DNA of 64,000 nucleotides from Spirochaetales bacterium (GTDB lineage: Bacteria; Spirochaetota; Spirochaetia; JABEVK01). Made by a program: the position numbers and the translations under genes. The notes beneath the pieces were generated by a model. The model was not told the origin of the DNA. It ran no database searches and worked only from the letters and a program-made list of their open reading frames with translations. Below are positions 28,687 to 38,971 of this stretch, one piece after another. The stretch lies in contig CANJXC010000003.1 in the NCBI GenBank assembly GCA_947478845.1, forward strand, positions 177,659-241,658, in the 5' to 3' direction. The stretch's first letter is position 1; every line of letters begins with the position of its first letter.

Positions 28687-29403
28687 TCAAGAGGGCAGAT
28701 TTTTGAGCAATTCCAATACCAACCGGGAGGAGTTCTTCGAAGCCAAGGGCAGGAACTCTTCGAACTTCACAGGCGATTGCTTTCCAGCAATGTCAGAAAG
28801 TGCCCGGATGATGACGAAGGGTGTGGAAAACAAGTGGCAGGTTTGCGCAATTGCACCGCTCTCCATTTCCACGGCACACAAATCTGGAAACCTGGCCCTC
28901 AGGCGTGCCAGCACTTCTGACTGGTGAACGAAGATGTCTCCGGAGCCGACCAACCCTGTCGATTGGCCCATTTCTGCTGGAAGTTCGCCCGTTTCCTTGA
29001 GCCGCAAAAAGCACTGCAAGGTGAGCGCCACCAGCTCGGGGTCGGCAGCATAGCGAGCCGGCAAACCAGGCACCTGACCGGCCGCATAGCCGAAGGCGGT
29101 AACATCGACATCGTGGTGCAAAACCTCTGTGGAGATCACCACATCTCCAAACACTTGCCCGGCCAATAGGCCTCCGGCAGATCCAGTGTTAATGACCCTC
29201 TCAGGGCGGAAAGTTTGCAACAGAAGACTACAGCCGACCGCTGCGTTGACTTTGCCGATGCCGCACTGCAGCAAAACGACGGGCTTGTTCGCGAGTTGTC
29301 CCGTGAGGAAGGTCATACCCGCCATTGTGGTCTTTTGAACATCTCTCATCAGGGCCTTGAGAGTTTCTACTTCCGGACCCATGGCCCCAATGATCCCAAT
29401 CAT
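28687..29403 (-). CDS. mtnN: MTA/SAH nucleosidase
   Basis: IGIIGAM, GIGKVNAA, NTGSAGG, VEMESGAIAQ, IRALSD. Confidence 0.95.
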   Translation of the reverse strand: MIGIIGAMGPEVETLKALMRDVQKTTMAGMTFLTGQLANKPVVLLQCGIGKVNAAVGCSLLLQTFRPERVINTGSAGGLLAGQVFGDVVISTEVLHHDVDVTAFGYAAGQVPGLPARYAADPELVALTLQCFLRLKETGELPAEMGQSTGLVGSGDIFVHQSEVLARLRARFPDLCAVEMESGAIAQTCHLFSTPFVIIRALSDIAGKQSPVKFEEFLPLASKNSSRLVLELLKNLPS

Positions 29404-29460
29404 AGCCAGAGTGTAACGGGGTCTGGAAGTTTTCGCCAGAATCCACTACAAAGATGTTGA

Positions 29461-30489
29461 ATGAACTTTAGACCCCAACAGTGGACCTCACAGGTCTTTG
29501 GAATACTTTTTTCGACTTTGATTGTCAGTTGTGGTGCGCAGAATCTGGAGTTTTACCTCTACCCCCAAGCGCTTTCCGCTGGTATTGCTGAGGTGCAGTC
29601 TCAGGAGCCTCTCGGTGGACTCGAGGTTGTCGGTTACCTTCCGGACTGGAAGATCAATTCGCTCGACCCCGCGCAGGTCCGCCACCTCACCGATCTGGTG
29701 TATTTCAGTGTCGCGGTCCAAGCCGACGGAAAACTCGCTACCAAGGGCCTCACACCCTCCCACCTCAATTTCCTGCAAAAGGTGAAGCGCGAGTATGGTA
29801 TCCGAGTCATTCTAGGAATCACCGATTTCAAGTCCAACGGTTCGCTCGCCCAAGTGGCGAGTTCACCGTCTTTGCGGGTCAAGTTTGCCAAGAACCTTGC
29901 GGACTATCTGCAGCAGTTGGGCTTTGACGGAGCCGATATTGACTGGGAGTATCCCTCGAGCACCCAAATGCCCGACTACGAAAACCTCTTGTGCGAGGTG
30001 AAAATCGCTTTTTCCAAGCAGGGCTACCGCCTTTCGGTGGCCCTGAGCCCAAGCCATCCACTCACACCCATCGGGTATGAGATGGTCGACAGGGTCCATG
30101 GCATGATGTACGACGATGAAGGCAAGCACGCCACGCTGGAAAAGATTATTGTGCAGGTGGAAGCCATGATTCGTCATGGGGTTGAACCCTCGAAACTCCA
30201 GCTGGGGCTTCCCTTTTACGGGCGGGGCTACACTGCCCACGGGCCCAAATGGTCACAAGCTTTGAGCTACAAAGACCTGCAGGAGCGTTTCAGCCCCGAG
30301 CCGCAACAGGACACCGCATCGGGTTACTACTTCAATGGTCTAGACACAATCCGGCAGAAAGTACGCTATGCCAAAGCGGCAGGGTTGTCTGGTATCATGG
30401 TGTGGGAAATCGGCCAAGATACCACCGACTCCAGCAGCCTTCTCAACGCCATCACCGAAGTGCGCCAAGGTCTGACAAGGCTGAACTAA
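29461..30489 (+). CDS. GH18 chitinase-like glycoside hydrolase, probable lipoprotein
   Basis: Intact FDGADIDWEYP (DxxDxDxE), MMYD, GLPFYGR, GIMVWE. Lipobox-like IVSC. Confidence 0.9.
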   Translation: MNFRPQQWTSQVFGILFSTLIVSCGAQNLEFYLYPQALSAGIAEVQSQEPLGGLEVVGYLPDWKINSLDPAQVRHLTDLVYFSVAVQADGKLATKGLTPSHLNFLQKVKREYGIRVILGITDFKSNGSLAQVASSPSLRVKFAKNLADYLQQLGFDGADIDWEYPSSTQMPDYENLLCEVKIAFSKQGYRLSVALSPSHPLTPIGYEMVDRVHGMMYDDEGKHATLEKIIVQVEAMIRHGVEPSKLQLGLPFYGRGYTAHGPKWSQALSYKDLQERFSPEPQQDTASGYYFNGLDTIRQKVRYAKAAGLSGIMVWEIGQDTTDSSSLLNAITEVRQGLTRLN

Positions 30490-31588
30490 GTTGGAGCAAA
30501 CCCCGTTCGAATGCCGGTGGTTGCTTCAGCAAGCTGTAAACCAGCACCCCAGACTCCTGCACGTCATAGAAGTACCCTGGATGAAGCGCCAAAGTGTGCT
30601 CCTCCAGCAAATACAGCGACCACTTCTCGTCATCCCAGCCCCGGGGAAGATTTGTGAACCTGAGCAGGCCATGGATGCCTCCCTGGGCGTGGGGAGCCAA
30701 AACTCCCGGCCAAGTGTCCAGCCAGACCCCCAGGGCTTGTCGGTTGATGGCCAACAGGTCTCGCACTTCTTGCTGCCACGGGCCCATTTCGCGAAACAAT
30801 CGCGGCAGAAGTGCCTGACTGAAGCTGTTGGCCGAAAGCAAAAGGTCATTGGAGAACTCAAGCTGTTGGCACGCCTCGGTTTTCCACGCCTCGGGTCCGC
30901 TCAAGGCCATCCAAGCGAGCTTGAGGTCGGGGCTACCGAACCGTTTGCTGATGCCGTTTAACGTGACAACTTTGACTTCGGGAGAAACCTCAGCAGGGCG
31001 CGGTAGCTCGCCTTCAGTCAAAAAGGCGTCGAAAACCTCATCGAAAACGAGCACGGCCCCACGGTCCATGCAGAACTCACCCACCCGTGCCAAGTCGTTT
31101 GCCGTGTAAACCCGGCCAGTGGGGTTGTTGGGGCTAATCACTACCACCAGTTTCAACCTGTCAGGCGAACTCTGACCCCAAGAGAACGGCTGGTCGTAGA
31201 AAACAACTTTGAGGTGGGCCCGCTCCGCCAAATGTTCAAAAAGGGGGTAGCCGGGGCGCGGTAAGGCGACCACATCTCCAACGGAAGCAAAAGTGGTGAA
31301 CAGGGTCAGATACGCTTCTGAGGTCCCGGCTGTAAGAAACACATCCTGAGCAGAAACAGGACATCTCGCCGACCTGTAGAAACTGGCGATGGCTTGGCGG
31401 GCCGCCAAGGCTCCTCGGCTTTCTGGTTCGTAGCAGCGCGAGCCCAGCCATTGGTCGAACTCTTCACGCAACAGGTTTGCCCCAGGCAGGAGGCCATTAT
31501 GGTGGAAGTTAGAATCGGTGAGGTCAATAAAGCCGTCCTGGAGCCGTGCCCTGTCATAGGCCTGGCTCCAGAGGCTGGCTTCAACCAT
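30452..31588 (-). CDS. Class I/II PLP-dependent aminotransferase
   Basis: TAGTSEAY, PGYPLF, SPNNPTG, DEVF, NGISK. Confidence 0.88.
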   Translation of the reverse strand: MVEASLWSQAYDRARLQDGFIDLTDSNFHHNGLLPGANLLREEFDQWLGSRCYEPESRGALAARQAIASFYRSARCPVSAQDVFLTAGTSEAYLTLFTTFASVGDVVALPRPGYPLFEHLAERAHLKVVFYDQPFSWGQSSPDRLKLVVVISPNNPTGRVYTANDLARVGEFCMDRGAVLVFDEVFDAFLTEGELPRPAEVSPEVKVVTLNGISKRFGSPDLKLAWMALSGPEAWKTEACQQLEFSNDLLLSANSFSQALLPRLFREMGPWQQEVRDLLAINRQALGVWLDTWPGVLAPHAQGGIHGLLRFTNLPRGWDDEKWSLYLLEEHTLALHPGYFYDVQESGVLVYSLLKQPPAFERGLLQLSSALSDLGALR

Positions 31589-32390
31589 GCTCTTTAGTCG
31601 TCACAAGAACCGAATCATGGAGCAACGGCTTGGACTTTACATGGTTTTCAAAGATAGAAAACTTGGCTCCATGCGCGTCGGTCCCGGTATGGGCATTCAT
31701 CGGATCAAGGAAGGTTTTCGTCCCCGAAACGAATTGGTACAGCAAGGTTCCGGCAGGAAGGGCCAACTTTATGCCATAGTGGCCCGGCTCTTCTTCTTCC
31801 AAATAATTCGTGAAAGGGTCCCAGTTGTTGAAGTTTCCCACCAAGGCAATTTGTTGTCCTGGTTTTGAAACAAAACGAAACTCCACCTCGCCTTCATACA
31901 GCGATTCGGGAGTATGCTTGTGAGGTAAGTCTGCTGCCGTCAGGTTGAGCCGTGACAGCACGATTCCCGCGTCGTTGCGGTAACGATTCTTATTCTGTGG
32001 GTCACTCTGCCAGAGTCCATCGACGATGAGACGGTAATCCAGCGGCATGGGAGAATCGGCCGCCAGGTCGTAGACCAAAAAATAAACATTGTTTTGGTTG
32101 CGGAAGAACAGATGTTTCACACGCCATTGCTCGTGCGCAAACGCTGCTGCTACGTAACGTGGTTTTTGGTCACTCTGAAAGCTCAGCAGTACTTGGCGAT
32201 CACGAACCATGGGCGGCACGGCCTTCGTGAGGTTGTTCACCTGCAGGTGCATCCAGGTGTTGATATTCTCAGGAGCTGGAGTCGAGGGCGGCGGCAGTGT
32301 AACCGGGGCCGACGATTCTCCTTCCGAGGCAAGTAAAGGAGAAGCCAAAGCGAAGAGTATGGTCAACATCAATGTCATGAACTGTTTCAT
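31581..32390 (-). CDS. Exported protein with glycogen-binding CBM48/AMPK-beta-like domains
   Basis: Signal peptide; YRLIVDGLWQSDPQN and VGNFNNWDPF motifs. Confidence 0.75.
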   Translation of the reverse strand: MKQFMTLMLTILFALASPLLASEGESSAPVTLPPPSTPAPENINTWMHLQVNNLTKAVPPMVRDRQVLLSFQSDQKPRYVAAAFAHEQWRVKHLFFRNQNNVYFLVYDLAADSPMPLDYRLIVDGLWQSDPQNKNRYRNDAGIVLSRLNLTAADLPHKHTPESLYEGEVEFRFVSKPGQQIALVGNFNNWDPFTNYLEEEEPGHYGIKLALPAGTLLYQFVSGTKTFLDPMNAHTGTDAHGAKFSIFENHVKSKPLLHDSVLVTTKEHG

Positions 32391-32453
32391 TCTGTTATAC
32401 TTTTCGGTGTTTTCCACAAAGGGTTGAGCGCGATTCTCCGATAAAGTAACAAG

Positions 32454-35400
32454 ATGCCCTCGCTAGAAGCTGTTGAACAGTTTAAGTCCATCGTCACGAA
32501 CCTCGCCAATGAGCCACAGATCCGCGCCAAGATGGGCCTGCCGGCCGAGGAAATCACCCCGCCCGAAGCCGGAATGTCGCAGGATTTGGCCTCACTCATC
32601 GGTGGCATGCCGACCGCTACCACTGAAGCCGACACAGCCCAAGGGCAGGGTGTCGAACTAGAGTCGGATGAGGCGAGCGAGGAGACCGGCTCGGAACTCG
32701 AGGATGTTTTTGGTTCCGAAGTTACTCCAGAGGACAGCGATGCGGGACCCAGCATGGACGACCTTTTGGGACCCGCCCAGCCCGAGGAAACCTCTTTTGA
32801 GGATCCGTTTGCCACCCCGCTCGAGACTGTTGATGACGCGGCCCAAGACCTCGGACTTGGCGGAATCGATGACGCCCTGGGCGTCGAAGAGGAAGCTTTC
32901 GGCTCGACTGCAGACCAGTCGTTTGGCGCCCCACCGGAGGTTAGCGATTTCGGCAACGATATTGCCGAACCGGGCGAGGATCTGCCCGCGCTTGACGATT
33001 TCGGAGGCTTCGAGACCCCTGAGGTACCCGACATGGGTGCAACCGAGGATGCCTTCGGCCCGCCTCCCGTTGCCAACACTTCTGACCCTAGTGGTGTTTC
33101 GGCAGACGAGGAGTTTGAGTTTGCGGCCGATGGCGAAGCCGGTGACTTCCCTGAACTAGCTGGGTTTGCCAATACCAAGGAAGAGGATGTCGAGGCCTTT
33201 GATGCCCTTGGTGTGGCCGATGAGTTTGGCCTCGGCGATTTTGAGTCGCAGTTTGGCATTACCGCCGATGATCAGGCCGACCCGGAACTCCTGAACCCAG
33301 CCCAGTCCATAGATGCGGAGATCGAGGCTGCCCAGAAGACCCTCTCTCTCACCGAAGAAGAGTTTCTCACCATCCGGCAGGTACTTGGACGCTTCCCTCT
33401 CAACCTGAGACTGGCTGTTGAAGAGGCCATCGGGGAAAAGGCCCTGGTGTTCGACGATCTCGACAAAGTAGTACGGCTTCTCACAGACCGTGCGCCGGTG
33501 CGGACCATAGCCAGTACCGTCGGCAAGATCCTCGGCCGTAAAATTGTCATACCACCCGGCTTTGAAAAAGGCACCGGCGAGCAGATCGAAGCGCGTCAAG
33601 CAACGCTCTGGTACAACATGCGCACGATCATGTTCCCCATCGTCCGCGTGTCGGTAGTAGTAACCGTCGTAGTGGCTCTTTTGGTGGTTCTGGGCTGGAA
33701 CTATCTTTTGAAACCTTGGAAAGCAAATGACCTTTACGAGAAGGGACTGGCACAAATACATCAGAACAACGGGCTCGAGGCCGATGATTTGTTTGCGCAG
33801 GCCAATTACGAGTGGCCGGCTCAAGATCGCTTCTTTCAGTTTGCCAGCGCCTATCTGGATACCGGAGACTACGAACGGGCCCGTCGGAAGTACCTGGAAC
33901 TCCTTCAGCCGACCGTCCGTCCTTTCCTCGACGAGGACAAAGCCCGCCTGAAACTGCTTTATGGCGACAAAGTTGCTCCTTTACCGAACGGCCTCAAGGA
34001 GTCGGAGGTTCCAGCCCGTCTGGCCGAAAAGAAAAAGGCTCTCGATGCCTGGTATGGCTATGTGTTCCGGCTCTTGTCAGAAGGAAAAGACAGCAGCCTG
34101 TTGCTCGATGCAGACATCAAAGGCGAGGTGCTTTGGAACAATCCTGTTGAACAGGGTTTCCTGGACCTCAGTAAGTTTGAAACCGAATACGGCTTTGAAG
34201 GCCTAGACAAGAATGCCCACTACCAACGGGCCGATACCGTGCTCGAAGCGCTTTTTTCGACTAATCCCAACCATAAGGCAGCTCTCTTGCGCAAGGGCGA
34301 CAATCAGTTGGCCTGGGCGGAAGACCTATCGTCTGCCGACCACCGCGACGGGGCCAACAACGCCTTTAGCCTGTACATGCAAGTCTACGGGAAAGACGCA
34401 CCGATCACCTGGCGTTTTGTCAAACTTTTCCTCATCGAGGACAAAGAAGAAGAGCTCCTGAGTTTGGAACAATTTGTTTTGCTCAACAAGAGATTGGCCA
34501 CCGACGGTGAGGTTGTGGCTCGTCTTGCCCAATGGCTTCTCGACAAGCACCTGACTCGCCTCGAGGAAGAAGCGACCAAGCCCGAGCGAATGCTCACCCT
34601 CGAAGAGGAATATGGCATACGCCCTGAACTGGTACGCGAAGAGGAACCGGCTCCCGTGCTTGCCGAAGCCCCCGCTGCCGCCGAAGCCCCTGCCGCGCCA
34701 GCCCCCGCTGCCGGTCATAGCGTAGCTCGGTCAGGTAGTGGCGGCGGCGAGGGTGGTGGAGGTGGTGGCGAGGGAGGTGGTGGCGAAGCCGCTGCGCCGG
34801 TTCCCTTTGACCCGCCCTACAAGTATCCTAACAGCACCGAACCGTACCGACCCGACTACCTGGAAAACCTCGAGACAATTGTTCTGCGGGCGATGGATAC
34901 GCAGAAGGAACTGCCTGAACTCCACTTCCAGTTGTCCCGCTACTACCGCGTGATTGGCGACCCGGAGCAGGAAAAAACTGCTCTGAGCGCCGCTGATACT
35001 TATTTCCTCAGGCTCAAGCCGAGGTTGCTCCAAATGAATGACCGCCCCTCGATGCAGGTGGCCACCCTCAACCGCATCGGCGAAGTGTTTGTGGCGCGTT
35101 CCGAACCCCTGCAAGGAGAGCAATACTTCCTCCAGGCTCAGGCCAGGTTTGAGCAGGACCAAAGCCTCGGCCTACTCAAGTTGACGCCGGCCACGGCGCA
35201 GGTTTATCTCAACCTCGGTAACCTTTACTACAAACAGACACCAGGTACCGCCGAGGCCGAAAAGAATCCTGGTGGCTGGGAGGAAGCTTTAAAGCTCTAT
35301 GAGACGGGCCTTCAAGGCAACATCGAAAGTCCCGAGGTCACCTATCGCATGGGGGTTATCCTCTACGAAAAGAAAGACTACGCGGGTGCGGTCAGGGAGT

Positions 35401-35984
35401 TCTTCGAGCTCGATAAGCAGGGCCTCTGGCGTGGCAACTGGAACTTGCTTTACTCGATGGCCAACGCCCTGTTTCGAAACGGCAATTATTTCGCCGCCGA
35501 AGGTTACTACCGGCAGCTGTTGGCCATGCTGTTGGACAAACGTTCACGCATCAAAGACCTCGACGTGACCACCAAACGCACCGATCGTGCACTCCTGCAA
35601 CGTATTTTCCAGGTTTGGACCAACCTAGGCGCCACCCTTTACCGGGGAGCCCACGCCTTTAAAGCTGGTACGCGAGAGTTCCGCGAGGCGCTGACCGACC
35701 TGACGACGGCTCAAGGGATGGCCATTACCCTCGGGCTAGACCTTTATGGGACCCGTAAAGAGTTTGATATCACCATGGTCAATGACTCCACCATTCAAGC
35801 CCTGCGTGATGAACAGTCGCGCATTGTGGCCCAGACCCGCAAAGACAAAGGCCTCGTAGAAGCAAATCTGAAAGTGTTGGCCCTCGTGGAAACCACACCC
35901 CCGGGGCGCCGTGGCGATCTGGTGCAAGACCTTGAAATCTTCGCCGGACTCCCCCTCGAACTGAACCAGCTCGAAGCCCCTTGA
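32454..35984 (+). CDS. flcA: Periplasmic flagellar collar protein FlcA
   Basis: MP..E.VEQFK..LANE N-terminus, long acidic cytoplasmic region, PLNLRLAVEE, one TM helix, periplasmic TPR-like repeats. Confidence 0.75.
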   Translation: MPSLEAVEQFKSIVTNLANEPQIRAKMGLPAEEITPPEAGMSQDLASLIGGMPTATTEADTAQGQGVELESDEASEETGSELEDVFGSEVTPEDSDAGPSMDDLLGPAQPEETSFEDPFATPLETVDDAAQDLGLGGIDDALGVEEEAFGSTADQSFGAPPEVSDFGNDIAEPGEDLPALDDFGGFETPEVPDMGATEDAFGPPPVANTSDPSGVSADEEFEFAADGEAGDFPELAGFANTKEEDVEAFDALGVADEFGLGDFESQFGITADDQADPELLNPAQSIDAEIEAAQKTLSLTEEEFLTIRQVLGRFPLNLRLAVEEAIGEKALVFDDLDKVVRLLTDRAPVRTIASTVGKILGRKIVIPPGFEKGTGEQIEARQATLWYNMRTIMFPIVRVSVVVTVVVALLVVLGWNYLLKPWKANDLYEKGLAQIHQNNGLEADDLFAQANYEWPAQDRFFQFASAYLDTGDYERARRKYLELLQPTVRPFLDEDKARLKLLYGDKVAPLPNGLKESEVPARLAEKKKALDAWYGYVFRLLSEGKDSSLLLDADIKGEVLWNNPVEQGFLDLSKFETEYGFEGLDKNAHYQRADTVLEALFSTNPNHKAALLRKGDNQLAWAEDLSSADHRDGANNAFSLYMQVYGKDAPITWRFVKLFLIEDKEEELLSLEQFVLLNKRLATDGEVVARLAQWLLDKHLTRLEEEATKPERMLTLEEEYGIRPELVREEEPAPVLAEAPAAAEAPAAPAPAAGHSVARSGSGGGEGGGGGGEGGGGEAAAPVPFDPPYKYPNSTEPYRPDYLENLETIVLRAMDTQKELPELHFQLSRYYRVIGDPEQEKTALSAADTYFLRLKPRLLQMNDRPSMQVATLNRIGEVFVARSEPLQGEQYFLQAQARFEQDQSLGLLKLTPATAQVYLNLGNLYYKQTPGTAEAEKNPGGWEEALKLYETGLQGNIESPEVTYRMGVILYEKKDYAGAVREFFELDKQGLWRGNWNLLYSMANALFRNGNYFAAEGYYRQLLAMLLDKRSRIKDLDVTTKRTDRALLQRIFQVWTNLGATLYRGAHAFKAGTREFREALTDLTTAQGMAITLGLDLYGTRKEFDITMVNDSTIQALRDEQSRIVAQTRKDKGLVEANLKVLALVETTPPGRRGDLVQDLEIFAGLPLELNQLEAP
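34641..34800 (+). repeat. Low-complexity Ala/Pro- and Gly-rich coding repeat inside flcA
   Basis: AEAPAAAEAPAAPAPAA followed by GSGGGEGGGGGGEGGGGE. Confidence 0.8.
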
Positions 35985-36030
35985 TCAAGGTTCGCCTTCC
36001 CAATACCCTTCTTACTCAGGAGTTCCCCCA

Positions 36031-37110
36031 ATGACCAAATCCATCGCCGTTCTTTCGGGAGACGGCATCGGCCCCGAGGTGATGCAAGAGGCCCTTAAGG
36101 TGCTCGACAAACTCGAGAAGATCACGGGAGTCACTGTCGAAAGAACTTTTGCCGACGTGGGTGGGATAGCGATCGACAACCATGGTAAAGCCCTACCTGA
36201 GTCCACGGTGGCGACTTGCGAAGCCTCCGACGCCATCCTATTCGGCTCCGTCGGGGGACCTCAGTGGGAGAAGTTGCCGGGGCCTGAACAGCCCGAACGC
36301 GGCGCCTTGTTGCCCTTGCGCAAGCACTTTAACCTCTACGCGAATCTCCGTCCGGCCATTGTGTTCCGCGGCTTGGCGGGTGCGAGTCCACTCAAAGCAG
36401 AAATCATTGGCGATGAACTCAACGTGTTAGTCGTGAGGGAACTCACCGGCGGTCTGTACTTTGGAAAAAAGGAACGCCAAACCGACTGGGCCAGCGACAC
36501 CATGGTTTATACGCGCATGGAAATCGAGCGCATTGCCCACATCGCCTTTCAGGCGGCGCGCATGCGAGGTAAGAAACTTTGCTCCATCGACAAAGCCAAC
36601 GTCCTCACCAGTATGGTCTTTTGGCGCGAGGTCGTGACCGAAGTTTCTCAGCAGTACCCGGACGTCTCGCTCAGCCACATGTACGTCGACAATGCGGCCA
36701 TGCAGTTGGTGCGCAACCCCCGTCAGTTCGATGTCATATTGGCTGAAAACATGTTCGGCGATATCCTCTCCGACGAAGCGTCCATGATTGCAGGTTCTTT
36801 GGGCATGCTACCTAGCGCGAGCCTCGCAGGTGCTCCCGAGCCGGGAAAAGGGGCTTTTGGTCTCTTTGAACCTTCCGGTGGGTCGGCTCCCGACATTGCC
36901 GGTCAGGGAATCGCCAATCCTATCGCTCAGATTCTTTCGCTCGGATTGCTGTTCCAGTACGGTTTTGGCATGCCCGAAGTTTATGGAAGGGTCCATAATG
37001 CGGTACAGCAGGTGCTCACTCGCGGGTTTCGCACTCGCGACATCCAAACGGAGGGCACGACCCTTGTCGACACCGCCCGCATGGGCGAACTAATCACCTC
37101 CGCTCTCTGA
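36031..37110 (+). CDS. leuB: 3-isopropylmalate dehydrogenase
   Basis: GDGIGPEV, RELTGG.YFG, DKANVL, ENMFGDILSD, GSAPDIAG. Confidence 0.96.
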   Translation: MTKSIAVLSGDGIGPEVMQEALKVLDKLEKITGVTVERTFADVGGIAIDNHGKALPESTVATCEASDAILFGSVGGPQWEKLPGPEQPERGALLPLRKHFNLYANLRPAIVFRGLAGASPLKAEIIGDELNVLVVRELTGGLYFGKKERQTDWASDTMVYTRMEIERIAHIAFQAARMRGKKLCSIDKANVLTSMVFWREVVTEVSQQYPDVSLSHMYVDNAAMQLVRNPRQFDVILAENMFGDILSDEASMIAGSLGMLPSASLAGAPEPGKGAFGLFEPSGGSAPDIAGQGIANPIAQILSLGLLFQYGFGMPEVYGRVHNAVQQVLTRGFRTRDIQTEGTTLVDTARMGELITSAL

Positions 37111-38971
37111 ACCTTTGTGTGGCCACGTTGAGTTGGTTATAGACAACTACCAAGCCTATTATGCTCATAAAAATCAGCACTGAAAACAGGATGAGTGCGG
37201 CCGTCGTCAGGGGAAAAACGTCCACCAAGCCACCGGCGACAAGTCGTCCGCTCCAAACAAGAAACTCCAGAACAAAATTGATAACAAACGGCAATATGGG
37301 AAACATAAACCACCAGCGTTTCCGGCTCTCTTTTGCCCGAAAATGCCAAGAAAAGGCGAAAACAAGCAAAAAAACCGCGAAGTAGCCTAGGGGCGAAACC
37401 AATCTGGAAACAAACTCTGACTGGAGGGGAATCGAGGTGTATCCGAGAGCGGCTATCGTCTGACCCTCGGTCAGTAGGCCCCAGGTTTCCAGCGTTTGCG
37501 GCCCTGGCTGGTTGGCACTGATCACTTGCAGGTCTCGTACCGTCAGGTTAGGAACAAATCGAGGTGAACTCGCCAAATCATCGTCCTGCATCGGTTCGCC
37601 GGAAGTGGTGTCGTACAGATTCTCGGGTGTCTCAATAAAGACCTGAGGGAAGTCGGGCATGGCCTTGTCTTTTTCCCAAACCTGGAACTCCACACCCTTG
37701 TCGGACCACCGCCCATAAGGAGCCTTCCAGTGGAGCAACGGTTTGCCGGCCACCGAGAACCGGAAAAACTCAAAGTCCTTGACATAAACACCGTGAGCTG
37801 TGTCGAGCAGTTTTCCGATGCGAACCACCTCACGGGGAACGCTGCTGTTGAGGAATACCAAGTTTTCGGACCCTGGTACGTGGAACAAGACGTCCATTTC
37901 CTGACGAAACAAAACCGAATCTCGCAAAGCTTCTAACGAGAGTTTCCAGTAGCGGTCAACCTCTGCATCGTTGGGATCTTCGGCGTGAAGTTCTTGAAAG
38001 CCATAATAGGCTTCGATGTAGTTCTGAAAATTGTAGTCCCCCAAGCTCTTTCCCTTGCGGAAGAAGTAGCTGGCTTTCAGTCTCTCGTCGGTGAGCAGGG
38101 TGCGCTCGCGGATCTTCGACCACGAAGCATCGATCAATTCACGCACCTGAGCCCAATCTTCCTCGGATACTTTAAGGCCGTGATCGATGGAACTCAACAT
38201 CCGGCGGTAGGCTGTGTAGGCGTAAAGGTTGGCTTGGAACTCGGCATCGTTGGCGCCACCTTCCAGCTCAGCACGCGAGCGAGTCAGCAAATCGGCAACC
38301 GTGGCTTCAGTCTCTGAAAAAGCCTTTTCGACTCCCGGCAAGAGGCGCAAGCGGAAAAACTCTTCCATGTCGAGGTGGGTCTTGATAATTTGAAGCTCAA
38401 AATCGTAATCGAGACGCTCGCTACCAGCGTAAGAGTTTTGTTTGGGCCTCAGGGTACCAAGGCGTTGGATCAAGCTCAGGCGGGCTTCCACGTCAAGCGG
38501 ATCTGAAGTGGTCAACCCCGCCTTTTTCAGGTCGAGATAGGCGCTCTCCAATTGCCGGGCCTGCGCCTGGCGAAAACTAATCGCGTCTGTTTTGGCTCCC
38601 AGCCATGGTTGTACAAACAACACCAGAAGTGCCACAATTCCTGCGGTTAGAATGGCGAGAAGAGAAATGCTGACAAGCGCCGCCGATGCGGGTATTCCCT
38701 TGGAAGAGCCAACGGGAAGTTCATCGGGTCGCAGCCAAAACGAAAAAGCAAGCATCACCGCGCAAAGTCCCAAACCAGGGATGGAGTCGACTACTTCTGC
38801 AAGGGTTTCGTAGAGCAGTCCATCCCAAAGGTCTTCGGGCAACCAAACCATTGGCAAAGTGAACCACGTTGGGAGGAGCACCCCAAGACCTAGGCGGCCG
38901 ACAACAATTAGTGCTGCGGCGGCAATCGAGAGCAGGAACATAATCGAGAACTTCTGTCCAACCTTACTCAT
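37094..38971 (-). CDS. Membrane protein (about 3 TM + large periplasmic domain + 3 TM), possibly LptF/G-like
   Basis: Hydrophobicity pattern; SEFVSRLVSPL motif before the C-terminal TMs. Confidence 0.6.
   Translation of the reverse strand: MSKVGQKFSIMFLLSIAAAALIVVGRLGLGVLLPTWFTLPMVWLPEDLWDGLLYETLAEVVDSIPGLGLCAVMLAFSFWLRPDELPVGSSKGIPASAALVSISLLAILTAGIVALLVLFVQPWLGAKTDAISFRQAQARQLESAYLDLKKAGLTTSDPLDVEARLSLIQRLGTLRPKQNSYAGSERLDYDFELQIIKTHLDMEEFFRLRLLPGVEKAFSETEATVADLLTRSRAELEGGANDAEFQANLYAYTAYRRMLSSIDHGLKVSEEDWAQVRELIDASWSKIRERTLLTDERLKASYFFRKGKSLGDYNFQNYIEAYYGFQELHAEDPNDAEVDRYWKLSLEALRDSVLFRQEMDVLFHVPGSENLVFLNSSVPREVVRIGKLLDTAHGVYVKDFEFFRFSVAGKPLLHWKAPYGRWSDKGVEFQVWEKDKAMPDFPQVFIETPENLYDTTSGEPMQDDDLASSPRFVPNLTVRDLQVISANQPGPQTLETWGLLTEGQTIAALGYTSIPLQSEFVSRLVSPLGYFAVFLLVFAFSWHFRAKESRKRWWFMFPILPFVINFVLEFLVWSGRLVAGGLVDVFPLTTAALILFSVLIFMSIIGLVVVYNQLNVATQRFRERR

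Noticed and set aside
32387..33259. 290-aa Ser-rich antisense ORF
   Set aside because: Mirror of the Asp/Glu-rich low-complexity N-terminus of flcA.
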